This document shows, piece after piece, positions 10,164 through 21,499 of a stretch of 37,092 bases of DNA. The number at the start of each line of letters is the position of its first letter. Position 1 is the first letter of the stretch. Origin of the DNA: Nemertoderma westbladi (lineage: Eukaryota; Animalia; Xenacoelomorpha). The stretch covers positions 1-37,092 of the forward strand of contig JAUCBJ010007074.1 in assembly GCA_032718475.1 (NCBI GenBank), given 5' to 3'. The notes under the pieces are model-generated. The model did no database searches. It saw nothing but the letters and a program-made list of their open reading frames with translations, and had not been told where the DNA came from. A program made the position numbers and the translations under genes.

Positions 10164-12269
10164 ATGAAACTCCTTGTTGTTTTAATAACTGTCACGATGT
10201 ATACAAACGCCCTGAAGTCGGCATGTCACTTTACTAATAATTTCAATGTTAATACTGGAGTGAAACGTGACATCCGCACGTGGTTCGTGACCAGACAGAA
10301 ATTAATTAGATTACCCTTGCAAATAGACTTTATGAAACGATGTAGGTCCAAAAATCTAACTCCAGCTTACCTAGCAGGGGTAGGTGGCCGAGGTTTAACG
10401 CGGCATGCGGGTTTGATGGACAGGTACGTGAACAGAGCGCTGACAATGGATATCGCTTGGTACCACGATATCCTGAGGCGTGAACGCGCGCGGGAGGGTC
10501 GGCTATCAAGAGGTTTTACGCAGTTCATCCAGGGGAAGATAGGAGCCGGTGTAGACAAGACGGAGGACTGGACCTGTCTGTCGAAGTTCGTCGAATTTTG
10601 GGTACGTCGGATCGGGGCCCAGGAGGAGGTTGAGAGAAAGCGAATTCTCGATCGGAAGCTAGGAGCGCTTTCGGCGACTAGTTCAAGACGAGTTAGGGAG
10701 GAGAAGGTTCCGTGGCTGGTACCCGATAGGATTGCACATCGACCTTTCGTGGGCCGGGACGACCTCGTGGGAACCGCGAAGGAAGTCGACAACGTAGTCA
10801 ATCTCTCCTCCAAACCCATCTCGGAGGAGGCTAAACGGGTGTTATCTTTAGGATTTAGTTTTGTGCCGAGAACACGCGTTGTGGAACAGGACCGGATGGA
10901 CGCACACACGTCGATCTCCAAGTTGGGAACGAGAATCCGTAATGCGATCAGGCGAAGGAACGCCAGACTGGAGGATACAGTTCAGGTAGAGAAACCCAGC
11001 CGGGATGAAGCCGCGAGCGGGGCGGTTGGACCGCGGAGTAGTGATGAGGAGTCGGTTATTTCATTTGCGGTCACGCCGGGAAGGGGTCGCCGGTCGGGCC
11101 CGGAGTTGGGAGCTGCGCCGAGTGCGACAATAGAAGACTGTACGGCAGCGTTTGGGGCTTTAGTTTTGGGTAACCCGCCAACGGGAGTGGCCCGCAGACT
11201 ATTCGCATGCTCCACCCCTGTGACCCCGCCGAGCGGGGAAGGACCCGGGGCGGGTTCCGGTTCTAGGGAGTGTTTAGAGATGTGCGATGAGGTTTCGAAC
11301 GGTTTATCGACAGCTGCGGGGTGTGTCAGCACCCCGTCGCGGAGCGTGGGGGGGGTATTTCCCAAACGTGGAGGTGGCCCGCACGTCCCGATGGAGCGAC
11401 GTATCCCCGAGCTAGGGGCGACTAGAAATAGGGATGGTGAGGGCAGTGGGAGGGCGCCATTGGACTATAGGCAATTATACGTTCCGAGGAAGTTCCGGTA
11501 CGTCGCACCAAGGGTCGAGGACGAGGCGGTGGAGGGATTTATGGCGGAATTACATAAGGCGATCGACGGTGCCGACGGGAGGGCGAGCGGTGTTGGCCGA
11601 GGCGGGGAGGGTGTGGGTATCTCAGAGAAGGATTTGAGACTGCTGCGGGAACTTAGGGGGGATAAAGAACTCGCTTTCGTTAGGGGAGACAAGACAGGAA
11701 ACGTCGTTGTTGTAGACAGGGAGCTGTTGGATTTAGAGATGAGGAGAAACGTTGGCGACCGTGAGATGTTCGAGAAGTTGGACGGTGATCCGACTTCGAA
11801 ATATCGGGATGAACTCTATCGGACGGTACAGAACATGGCGTTAGAAGATAAGGACTTAAGTTCATACCTGGTTCCGAAGAACCCAACTCAGGGTTATGTG
11901 TTCCCTTTAGTTAAGGACCACAAACCGGTTTCTGAGTGGATCGACTGGGGAGGGGGCAGGAAGTTCCCGAAGGTTAGAGCTATCGTATCGTCGAGAGGAA
12001 CCCTAGCGGAGAGGGCCGGGAAGTGGCTAAACTCGGTCCTTCAGCCTCTAATGTTGAGGATGCCCCACTACGTGCAGGATTCGCGTTCGGCAAGGGAGGC
12101 GGTCCCGAGCCGCCCATTGTCCACGGCAACGTTCATGTCTTTGGACGTCGTGGACATGTACCCCTCTGTAGACCACGATGTCGCCGTGCGCGCGATCGAG
12201 GCGGTGATTGGGGAGAATATGGAGATTTTGGAGGACTCTGGGTTTACTTTGGGGCAGGTTATGCTTATA
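10164..12269 (+). pseudogene. PLE polyprotein copy 1, 5' part (N-terminal domain and RT start), interrupted by a DNA transposon
   Basis: Motifs VVNLS...VLSLGFSFVP, GDKTGNVVVVD, LVKDHK, VRAIVS and SLDVVDMYPS. The true start may be the second ATG at 10197. Confidence 0.9.
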
Positions 12270-15200
12270 GGGTTATTCCAGCCAAATTCAACAAATGGGG
12301 TGGCGCACACCCTCTCAGAATTCATTGAAAATTTAATCATGTTATGATGATGTGGTTAAAAACTGGTAGCCATAATTTCAGCTCATTTGGTCCTTTTATT
12401 CTCAAGTTACATGGTGTTCAAGTTTCTGAATTGTAAAAATATTGGAAATTTAAAACCTGAATATTTTGTACTCTGACAACTTGTTGGGTGATACTTTTTT
12501 AATAAATGATACCTCTTATAATAAGGCTGTATCCTATAAGTCAATAAACATACAACCGATAGTCAGAGCCTTAACATACGCGATTGAAATTACACCAAAA
12601 ATACAAATTTTGTTGATTTTTGTGACACCATTTAGAAATCTCTGCATGTCTGTTGGAAATTCAAATGTTTCTTAACTATATTGTGCATTATCCATGACAC
12701 GTTTTAATAATGAATTAAGGGCCAACAACTTATCAGAGGTGTGCTATCGAAAAAATAAGTGCATACGATTTTGATTTTTTGCTAACTTTGAAGTGTCAGA
12801 AATCAGCTCTGACTAAAAATATCTCCCCAAAAAGTAGATAATTTGTTTATTCAACCTATTGTTCAATTGTATGATAATTTTCAATCACCAACAGGATCAA
12901 GTTATTATCTAAAAATGTTCTTTAACGTGACAAGTAATTGAAAAAAAAGAATATTTTCATTCAATGTAATTTCAATCTGAAAGTACGTTATTGCCTAGGA
13001 AGGAAATAATATGTTTTATAGTACATAATATAGATATTTATTGCAATTAAACGGACCAACAGCTTTGCAGAGAAAAAACAAACTACAATCTATTAAACTT
13101 GAATAACCAGGGTACTGTATTTATTATATATAAGTAGCGAATTTATATATTACATAATTCTTCTTAAATGTTCGAAAATTTGAACTGTCCTCTGGTTCCA
13201 ACGGGTAGTGGTGGTTCGAGAGTTTTTACGATGTCATCAGTGGGATAACTATGTATATCATCCTTCTCGGGCCACCTGTAGTATCCACCAGCCCTGTCCA
13301 TGACTTTCACACACACGTACCCCTCACTTGACGTGTACTGCACCTCTCCTGGGTAATGATCTTCCTCATAGTACACAAGTACCCATTGACCAACGCTGTA
13401 GTTGGGTTCCTTTCCTGAGGTTGACTGTTCCTCATCCGTGATGGACTCCCTGGTGATACCTTGAACAATGTTTATCACTGTTGCAAGGTTGTCATCGCCA
13501 TCTGACACTGTTCGGCAAGCTAATTTGCCACTGGGAAGAACATCAAAACGGTGATACGACCTTGTCCCAGGTATTTTTGAGGCATCCTCAAACCGAACTT
13601 CCTGCTCCTTGGTCACAGACTCCACTTCCTTGGCATCGACCCAAATAAATCTTATCCCAGTAATATTAACATCAGCAGCAGTAAACATCTCCTCAGCATT
13701 AGTTATTTGGTCCTCTATAGGTCTCTGCAGACTCATCCTAGTGATTATTCGCTTCACAGTGCCGCCAATCCCATCACACGGGCTCTTGCCATGACTGGTG
13801 GCAAAGAAGTGCCAGGTAGCATATAGGCCTAGTTTACCACTAGGCGCAAATAAATTGAGGCTATTAGGGATACTAACACCTACCGTGTCCCCGCCAACAT
13901 TCTGTTAGGAAGTTGCCGTGCCCATCTAGGCAACCAAAATTCTAGATAAGAACACCAGGCTAGCTATTTGTAACAGTACGCCTACTGTAGTAAACTAACA
14001 CATTTCTTCTTACTGTAGTATTAGGGACCTGGTAAATTAAATTGCCGAATTCTGGGCGTAGTATTAACCTTATGCCTGAATTTGAGTCCTGGAAATACGC
14101 AAAAGGGGAAGGAACCTTATCATTCGTGAGTATTGGACCTACAAGTTACAAAATTAGAATATTTGTAAAATGCACACCGGACCCAGTAATTATATATGTG
14201 AAGGAGCAAAACTGACTTTGACTGTTTAGAATCAAGACTCACACGCGTTAGAAATTATTTACACCTCAAAATATATAAAATAATTTTTGTCCGTACTGCG
14301 CTTTGCCCGCTAGTTAGACCTTTCTGCACCTAGCTAGCATATCTCTATCCCAACCATATAAATCACACCGCGGCAAAGTATACGAGCGCCCTTAGTCCGT
14401 CAGTGAGTCAGCCTGATTTTAGGATTCGCTGCGCGGGATTTTGTTTTATCGAAGTTTGTCCGTTCGTAGACTGTTTTCTGCCTCACCGGTTATAAGAGAC
14501 CGATACTGCAATATATATTCGCTTACTTAGAGTTTACTGTTTTGGTGAGAAGGTCGGATTTATGTTTTGATTCACAAACTTTACAGTAGGATATTGCAGG
14601 GTATTTTGTTACTGTCTCTTCGAATACCAACCCTTACAAAGTCACCAATTGTAACTCGGCTCTGATAATCTGTTGGACCAACTAACATTAAATGTCATTA
14701 TTAGTATCCATCAACGAACATAATAGCACATTTATTAATTGCCAACACCCTATCAGAGCGTCATAATTGATAAAAATTAAAGTAATTTTTTGGTAAAATT
14801 TAATTACACTTATTCCATATATCACAAGACCAAGGTCCTGTTGGTTTCTATAAATTTGTGTGAATATTAGCCATAGGCTAAAGTAACATCTCCGAAAATT
14901 TCCAGTTATAATATATTATCAGAGCTGAGTGGTATCATGTGAAAGTTGACAAAATTTACAAAAAACTCAAAAAGTGCCCATTTAAATTATCAATACCTTC
15001 AATCTGATAAGCTGTTGCCGTGAAGAACATATTTAAATGGCTGCCTGAATACTGTATCACATTGATTTAAATGTTTCTAACAACCAACTGGCAATCAGAT
15101 GCGAATGATAGCACCTCAAAAACTACCAAAATTAATAAAAATGCATAAATAGGGGAATTTTACTCATTTCATTTGAGCCTCTGCAAATTGGTTGGATATT

Positions 15201-15495
15201 TGTTTTGTTGACGACTGAAAGTTTGACATATTAGGCACTAGATATACAAAATTTGACAATCAACCATTTGTCAGAAAATTTTCACAGGGGTACTAATAAC
15301 ATGTAGTCTTTCAAAAATTGACAATTTATCGTATTTCACAGGGGAATATCTCAAGTTTGGATGTACGGATTTGCTAAAAAATTTCAGGCCTTTCTTATAT
15401 CGCTATAAACATTGTGTATAATTAATTTCAACAAAATCTGAGGAGGTGAGCGCCACTGAATTTCTGAAATTTGTTGAATTTGGATGGAATGACTC
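12270..15495 (-). mobile_element. Internally deleted Sola2-type DNA transposon (3226 bp)
   Basis: TATA TSD at 12266-12269 and 15496-15499; PLE copy 2 shows the empty site. TIRs are GGGTTATTCCAGCCAAATTCAACAAAT and GAGTCATTCCATCCAAATTCAACAAAT (5'-GRG termini, 4-bp TSD). Patchy inverted similarity extends about 550 bp inward. Confidence 0.85.
13164..13830 (-). pseudogene. Sola2-like transposase, C-terminal fragment
   Basis: Reading upstream of the listed ORF gives ATWHFFATSHGKSPCDGIGGTVKR, then IPGTRSYHRF and a Tudor-like C-terminal segment VGQWVLVYY...YPGEV...WP. The N-terminal part is missing. Confidence 0.8.
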
Positions 15496-15499
15496 TATA

Positions 15500-16744
15500 T
15501 TAAAATTTGTGCTGACTCGTGCATATTTTGGGTTTGAAGGTGCTTTTTATGTTTTAGTAAAGGGTCTAGGGATGGGAGGCCCCTCGGGGAAGGTTCTGGC
15601 GGTCCTGGTGGTAGACCGTATCCACACCCACGTGGGTTTGGTTGCCAGGTTCAGCGCCATATATTTCAAAACGTTTGTGGACGATGGCGAGGCTATTTGG
15701 GATGGGGAATTGGACGACGCCGTGAAGGAGGCGATCGTCGAGCGTTACGGGGCGGCGTGTGAGGCCGTATACGGTAAAGGGGGGATTCGTTTCACTTTCG
15801 AATTCTCGAACACCAGTTCAGTGTTCCTGGACTTAGAGTTAGTTTTGGAGCCGGGTCGGGGAATAGTGAGTTCGGTTTATTTTAAACCGCTCACTAGAAG
15901 GTTGCCCATTCCTGGATCCAGTTTGCACGACCGAAAGGTTCTGCAGGGTGTGGTGAAGGGCCAGCTGACACGTTTTGCGAGGTTGACAAGGACAACCAGG
16001 GAGTATGAGAGTGCGAGGGACCGTTATTTAACGGATTGCTGGGTGTCCGGGTATAGTGAAGGGTTTTTGAACGAGGCCCGGGGTTGGGACCCGGAACGGT
16101 TACGGGACTCGACTGGTGTCAACCGGGAGGGCAGGGTCCAGGCGGAGAAGGACAAGTTTTACTTTGGGGTAGACCGTAGGTTCGCTGAGGTCGTTAAGCC
16201 GGTCATGCGGCGGTATCGGCGGGTGTTGGGAGAGAGTGGGATGGGAGTTGCGTGCAATCTTTACGCGGGTCGGAGTTTGGGTAATATGTTGGTTCAGAAG
16301 CGGCCGCCGGCTAAGGGGAGGGGAAGCAGTAGATGCGGGTCCCGGGCGGGGTGCAAAACATGCGACGCCATGTTCGACATGGCCCGAACCCCATGGGGTG
16401 AGAAGATTAAAGGGGTTTTCACGTGTTTGTCCCACGGGGTACTTTATCTGTTGACCTGCACCAACCACCCGGGGGGGTATTATTTGGGCCAGACTGAGCA
16501 AACCATTAGGGATAGGATGACGGGTCACCGATCGGCCATGGGCAGGTACGTGAAGGAAGTGCACCCTGACCAAGAGAACATGGGGGAGTATGTGCTGTTG
16601 GATCACTTTGCCCAGTGCGGGTTAGGGTGTCTCAGGGTCACGGGGTTTAGGAGCTACAGGTCGGACGAGGATAGGATCCACGCCGAGGCGAACTATATTT
16701 TCAAGTTTAGGCCCCCATGGAACAGAATGGTCCCGGCGGTTTGA
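15500..16744 (+). pseudogene. PLE polyprotein copy 1, 3' part (RT core, Cys-rich linker, GIY-YIG endonuclease)
   Basis: Motifs GLGMGGP, KTFVDD, VFLDL, VYFKP, CGSRAGCKTC and VLYLLTC...YYLGQT...R..GH...E...PPWN. Confidence 0.92.
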
Positions 16745-18181
16745 CACGGTCGGGGTTATAGTTTGGTGTTTGGGCGCGATTTGTGCCGTTAATACTGCCA
16801 TGTGCCTTTTGTACTGTATATACAAATTTAGTTTCAGTTAGATTTGCCTCGATTTAGCTTTAGTATCAGTTACCTGTTGGTTCTTTGGTTTGGTGTTTGG
16901 GCGCGTTTTGTGCCGTTAATACTGCCATGTGCCTTTTGTACTGTATATACAAATTTAGTTTCAGTTAGATTTGCCTCGATTTAGCTTTAGTATCAGTTAC
17001 CTGTTGGTTCTTTGGTTTGGTGTTTGGGCGCGTTTTGTGCCGTTAATACTGCCATGTGCCTTTTGTACTGTATATACAAATTTAGTTTCAGTTAGATTTG
17101 CCTCGATTTAGCTTTAGTATCAGTTACCTGTTGGTTCTTTGGTTTGGTGTTTGGGCGCGTTTTGTGCCGTTAATACTGCCATGTGCCTTTTGTACTGTAT
17201 ATACAAATTTAGTTTCAGTTAGATTTGCCTCGATTTAGCTTTAGTATCAGTTACCTGTTGGTTCTTTGGTTTGGTGTTTGGGCGCGTTTTGTGCCGTTAA
17301 TACTGCCATGTGCCTTTTGTACTGTATATACAAATTTAGTTTCAGTTAGATTTGCCTCGATTTAGCTTTAGTATCAGTTACCTGTTGGTTCTTTGGTTTG
17401 GTGTTTGGGCGCGATTTGTGCCGTTAATACTGCCATGTGCCTTTTGTACTGTATATACAAATTTAGTTTCAGTTAGATTTGCCTCGATTTAGCTTTAGTA
17501 TCAGTTACCTGTTGGTTCTTTGGTTTGGTGTTTGGGCGCGTTTTGTGCCGTTAATACTGCCATGTGCCTTTTGTACTGTATTTACAAATTTAGTTTCAGT
17601 TGGATTTGCCTCGATTTAGCTTTAACATAAGGCTCTCTGTTGTTAATACTGCCCTATGCCATTTGTACTGTAAATAGTATTTCGTACTGTAGTTGTTATC
17701 TCGCATACATAAGGCTCTCTGTTGTTAATACTGCCCTATGCCATTTGTACTGTAAATGCATACATAAGGCTCTCTGTTGTCAATACTGCCCTATGCCATT
17801 TGTACTGTAAATGGTAACGCACGGCCCTGCCTGATCACGTCTCGGTGCCAGACTGATTGATTTGTTTCTATGACTAAGAGTTCAGTTGTTTATTTATGTT
17901 GTCAGCTCTACGGACCGGTGCTGCACGCTTCTTATAACCACATAGCAACCGTACTGCCGTAGGCGGAGTGTTGTTATTTGTACTGTACATATACATCGGT
18001 TTTATACATCGACTGGTAGTCTATTTCAGTATTTGTTAGTGTTTTCTGTTTGGCCTAACTGTAGTGCAGTAGTTTTTGTGCTGATGATGCCCCAAAGGGG
18101 AGAAATTAATCCACTGTTTACATAATTATACTGAAGTGTTTATTGGGCGATGAAACTCCTTGTTGTTTTAATAACTGTCAC
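16745..18181 (+). repeat. pseudo-LTR 2 (full length): about 6.8 x 127-bp units at 16761-17624, three 55-bp-family units, hammerhead
   Basis: 127-bp period (16791, 16918 ... 17553). Identical to pLTR3 apart from one 55-bp unit, by eye. Confidence 0.93.
18078..18114 (+). ncRNA. Minimal type I hammerhead ribozyme (copy 2)
   Basis: Identical to 10092-10128. Confidence 0.85.
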
Positions 18182-21100
18182 GATGTATACAAACGCCCTG
18201 AAGTCGGCATGTCACTTTACTAATAATTTCAATGTTAATACTGGAGTGAAACGTGACATCCGCACGTGGTTCGTGACCAGACAGAAATTAATTAGATTAC
18301 CCTTGCAAATAGACTTTATGAAACGATGTAGGTCCAAAAATCTAACTCCAGCTTACCTAGCAGGGGTAGGTGGCCGAGGTTTAACGCGGCATGCGGGTTT
18401 GATGGACAGGTACGTGAACAGAGCGCTGACAATGGATATCGCTTGGTACCACGATATCCTGAGGCGTGAACGCGCGCGGGAGGGTCGGCTATCAAGAGGT
18501 TTTACGCAGTTCATCCAGGGGAAGATAGGAGCCGGTGTAGACAAGACGGAGGACTGGACCTGTCTGTCGAAGTTCGTCGAATTTTGGGTACGTCGGATCG
18601 GGGCCCAGGAGGAGGTTGAGAGAAAGCGAATTCTCGATCGGAAGCTAGGAGCGCTTTCGGCGACTAGTTCAAGACGAGTTAGGGAGGAGAAGGTTCCGTG
18701 GCTGGTACCCGATAGGATTGCACATCGACCTTTCGTGGGCCGGGACGACCTCGTGGGAACCGCGAAGGAAGTCGACAACGTAGTCAATCTCTCCTCCAAA
18801 CCCATCTCGGAGGAGGCTAAACGGGTGTTATCTTTAGGATTTAGTTTTGTGCCGAGAACACGCGTTGTGGAACAGGACCGGATGGACGCACACACGTCGA
18901 TCTCCAAGTTGGGAACGAGAATCCGTAATGCGATCAGGCGAAGGAACGCCAGACTGGAGGATACAGTTCAGGTAGAGAAACCCAGCCGGGATGAAGCCGC
19001 GAGCGGGGCGGTTGGACCGCGGAGTAGTGATGAGGAGTCGGTTATTTCATTTGCGGTCACGCCGGGAAGGGGTCGCCGGTCGGGCCCGGAGTTGGGAGCT
19101 GCGCCGAGTGCGACAATAGAAGACTGTACGGCAGCGTTTGGGGCTTTAGTTTTGGGTAACCCGCCAACGGGAGTGGCCCGCAGACTATTCGCATGCTCCA
19201 CCCCTGTGACCCCGCCGAGCGGGGAAGGACCCGGGGCGGGTTCCGGTTCTAGGGAGTGTTTAGAGATGTGCGATGAGGTTTCGAACGGTTTATCGACAGC
19301 TGCGGGGTGTGTCAGCACCCCGTCGCGGAGCGTGGGGGGGGTATTTCCCAAACGTGGAGGTGGCCCGAACGTCCCGATGGAGCGACGTATCCCCGAGCTA
19401 GGGGCGACTAGAAATAGGGATGGTGAGGGCAGTGGGAGGGCGCCATTGGACTATAGGCAATTATACGTTCCGAGGAAGTTCCGGTACGTCGCACCAAGGG
19501 TCGAGGACGAGGCGGTGGAGGGATTTATGGCGGAATTACATAAGGCGATCGACGGTGCCGACGGGAGGGCGAGCGGTGTTGGCCGAGGCGGGGAGGGTGT
19601 GGGTATCTCAGAGAAGGATTTGAGACTGCTGCGGGAACTTAGGGGGATAAAGAACTCGCTTTCGTTAGGGGAGACAAGACAGGAAACGTCGTTGTTGTAG
19701 ACAGGGAGCTGTTGGATTTAGAGATGAGGAGAAACGTTGGCGACCGTGAGATGTTCGAGAAGTTGGACGGTGATCCGACTTCGAAATATCGGGATGAACT
19801 CTATCGGACGGTACAGAACATGGCGTTAGAAGATAAGGACTTAAGTTCATACCTGGTTCCGAAGAACCCAACTCAGGGTTATGTGTTCCCTTTAGTTAAG
19901 GACCACAAACCGGTTTCTGAGTGGATCGACTGGGGAGGGGGCAGGAAGTTCCCGAAGGTTAGAGCTATCGTATCGTCGAGAGGAACCCTAGCGGAGAGGG
20001 CCGGGAAGTGGCTAAACTCGGTCCTTCAGCCTCTAATGTTGAGGATGCCCCACTACGTGCAGGATTCGCGTTCGGCAAGGGAGGCGGTCCCGAGCCGCCC
20101 ATTGTCCACGGCAACGTTCATGTCTTTGGACGACGTGGACATGTACCCCTCTGTAGACCACGATGTCGCCGTGCGCGCGATCGAGGCGGTGATTGGGGAG
20201 AATATGGAGATTTTGGAGGACTCTGGGTTTACTTTGGGGCAGGTTATGCTTATATTAAAATTTGTGCTGACTCGTGCATATTTTGGGTTTGAAGGTGCTT
20301 TTTATGTTTTAGTAAAGGGTCTAGGGATGGGAGGCCCCTCGGGGAAGGTTCTGGCGGTCCTGGTGGTAGACCGTATCCACACCCACGTGGGTTTGGTTGC
20401 CAGGTTCAGCGCCATATATTTCAAAACGTTTGTGGACGATGGCGAGGCTATTTGGGATGGGGAATTTGACGACGCCGTGAAGGAGGCGATCGTCGAGCGT
20501 TACGGGGCGGCGTGTGAGGCCGTATACGGTAAAGGGGGGATTCGTTTCACTTTCGAATTCTCGAACACCAGTTCAGTGTTCCTGGACTTAGAGTTAGTTT
20601 TGGAGCCGGGTCGGGGAATAGTAAGTTCGGTTTATTTTAAACCGCTCACTAGAAGGTTGCCCATTCCTGGATCCAGTTTGCACGACCGAAAGGTTCTGCA
20701 GGGTGTGGTGAAGGGCCAGCTGACACGTTTTGCGAGGTTGACAAGGACAACCAGGGAGTATGAGAGTGCGAGGGACCGTTATTTAACGGATTGCTGGGTG
20801 TCCGGGTATAGTGAAGGGTTTTTGAACGAGGCCCGGGGTTGGGACCCGGAACGGTTACGGGACTCGACTGGTGTCAACCGGGAGGGCAGGGTCCAGGCGG
20901 AGAAGGACAAGTTTTACTTTGGGGTAGACCGTAGGTTCGCTGAGGTCGTTAAGCCGGTCATGCGGCGGTATCGGCGGGTGTTGGGAGAGAGTGGGATGGG
21001 AGTTGCGTGCAATCTTTACGCGGGTCGGAGTTTGGGTAATATGTTGGTTCAGAAGCGGCCGCCGGCTAAGGGGAGGGGAAGCAGTAGATGCGGGTCCCGG

Positions 21101-21499
21101 GCGGGGTGCAAAACATGCGACGCCATGTTCGACATGGCCCGAACCCCATGGGGTGAGAAGATTAAAGGGGTTTTCACGTGTTTGTCCCACGGGGTACTTT
21201 ATCTGTTGACCTGCACCAACCACCCGGGGGGGTATTATTTGGGCCAGACTGAGCAAACCATTAGGGATAGGATGACGGGTCACCGATCGGCCATGGGCAG
21301 GTACGTGAAGGAAGTGCACCCTGACCAAGAGAACATGGGGGAGTATGTGCTGTTGGATCACTTTGCCCAGTGCGGGTTAGGGTGTCTCAGGGTCACGGGG
21401 TTTAGGAGCTACAGGTCGGACGAGGATAGGATCCACGCCGAGGCGAACTATATTTTCAAGTTTAGGCCCCCATGGAACAGAATGGTCCCGGCGGTTTGA
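18150..21499 (+). pseudogene. PLE polyprotein copy 2 (about 1116 aa when repaired), single 1-bp frameshift
   Basis: A G5 run at 19642-19646, versus G6 in copy 1, splits it into ORFs 18150..19700 and 19712..21499. RT and GIY-YIG motifs are otherwise continuous. The frameshift may be a homopolymer sequencing error. Confidence 0.92.

Larger units (their letters stand above)
9148..10195 (+). repeat. pseudo-LTR 1 (5'-truncated inside the 127-bp array; variant sequence)
   Basis: Direct repeat of 16745-18181 and 21500-22991, with a distinct segment at about 9601-9695. Confidence 0.9.

Noticed and set aside
10144-10172. Second hammerhead-like string CTGAAGT…GAAAC
   Set aside because: The core is not CUGANGA and there is no credible stem II or III.
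10367-11365. Antisense ORFs within the PLE ORF (also 16100-16606 and duplicates)
   Set aside because: They are expected shadows of a GC-rich coding strand and have no motifs.
15446-15499. ORF-track start of the 432-aa ORF, and the C-terminal tail of the 727-aa ORF
   Set aside because: Both are read-through into Sola2 TIR sequence and are not part of the PLE protein.
16786-16912. 127-bp and 55-bp units as twister ribozymes (TTAATACTGCC resembles the twister 5' strand) or minus-strand hammerheads
   Set aside because: I could not find the P4 stem, pseudoknot partners or the GA after P2'. The minus strand has CTGATAC rather than CTGANGA. An Infernal scan would settle it.
19636-19660. Programmed ribosomal frameshift in PLE copy 2
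   Set aside because: Copy 1 is in frame at this site, so a homopolymer deletion or sequencing error is simpler.
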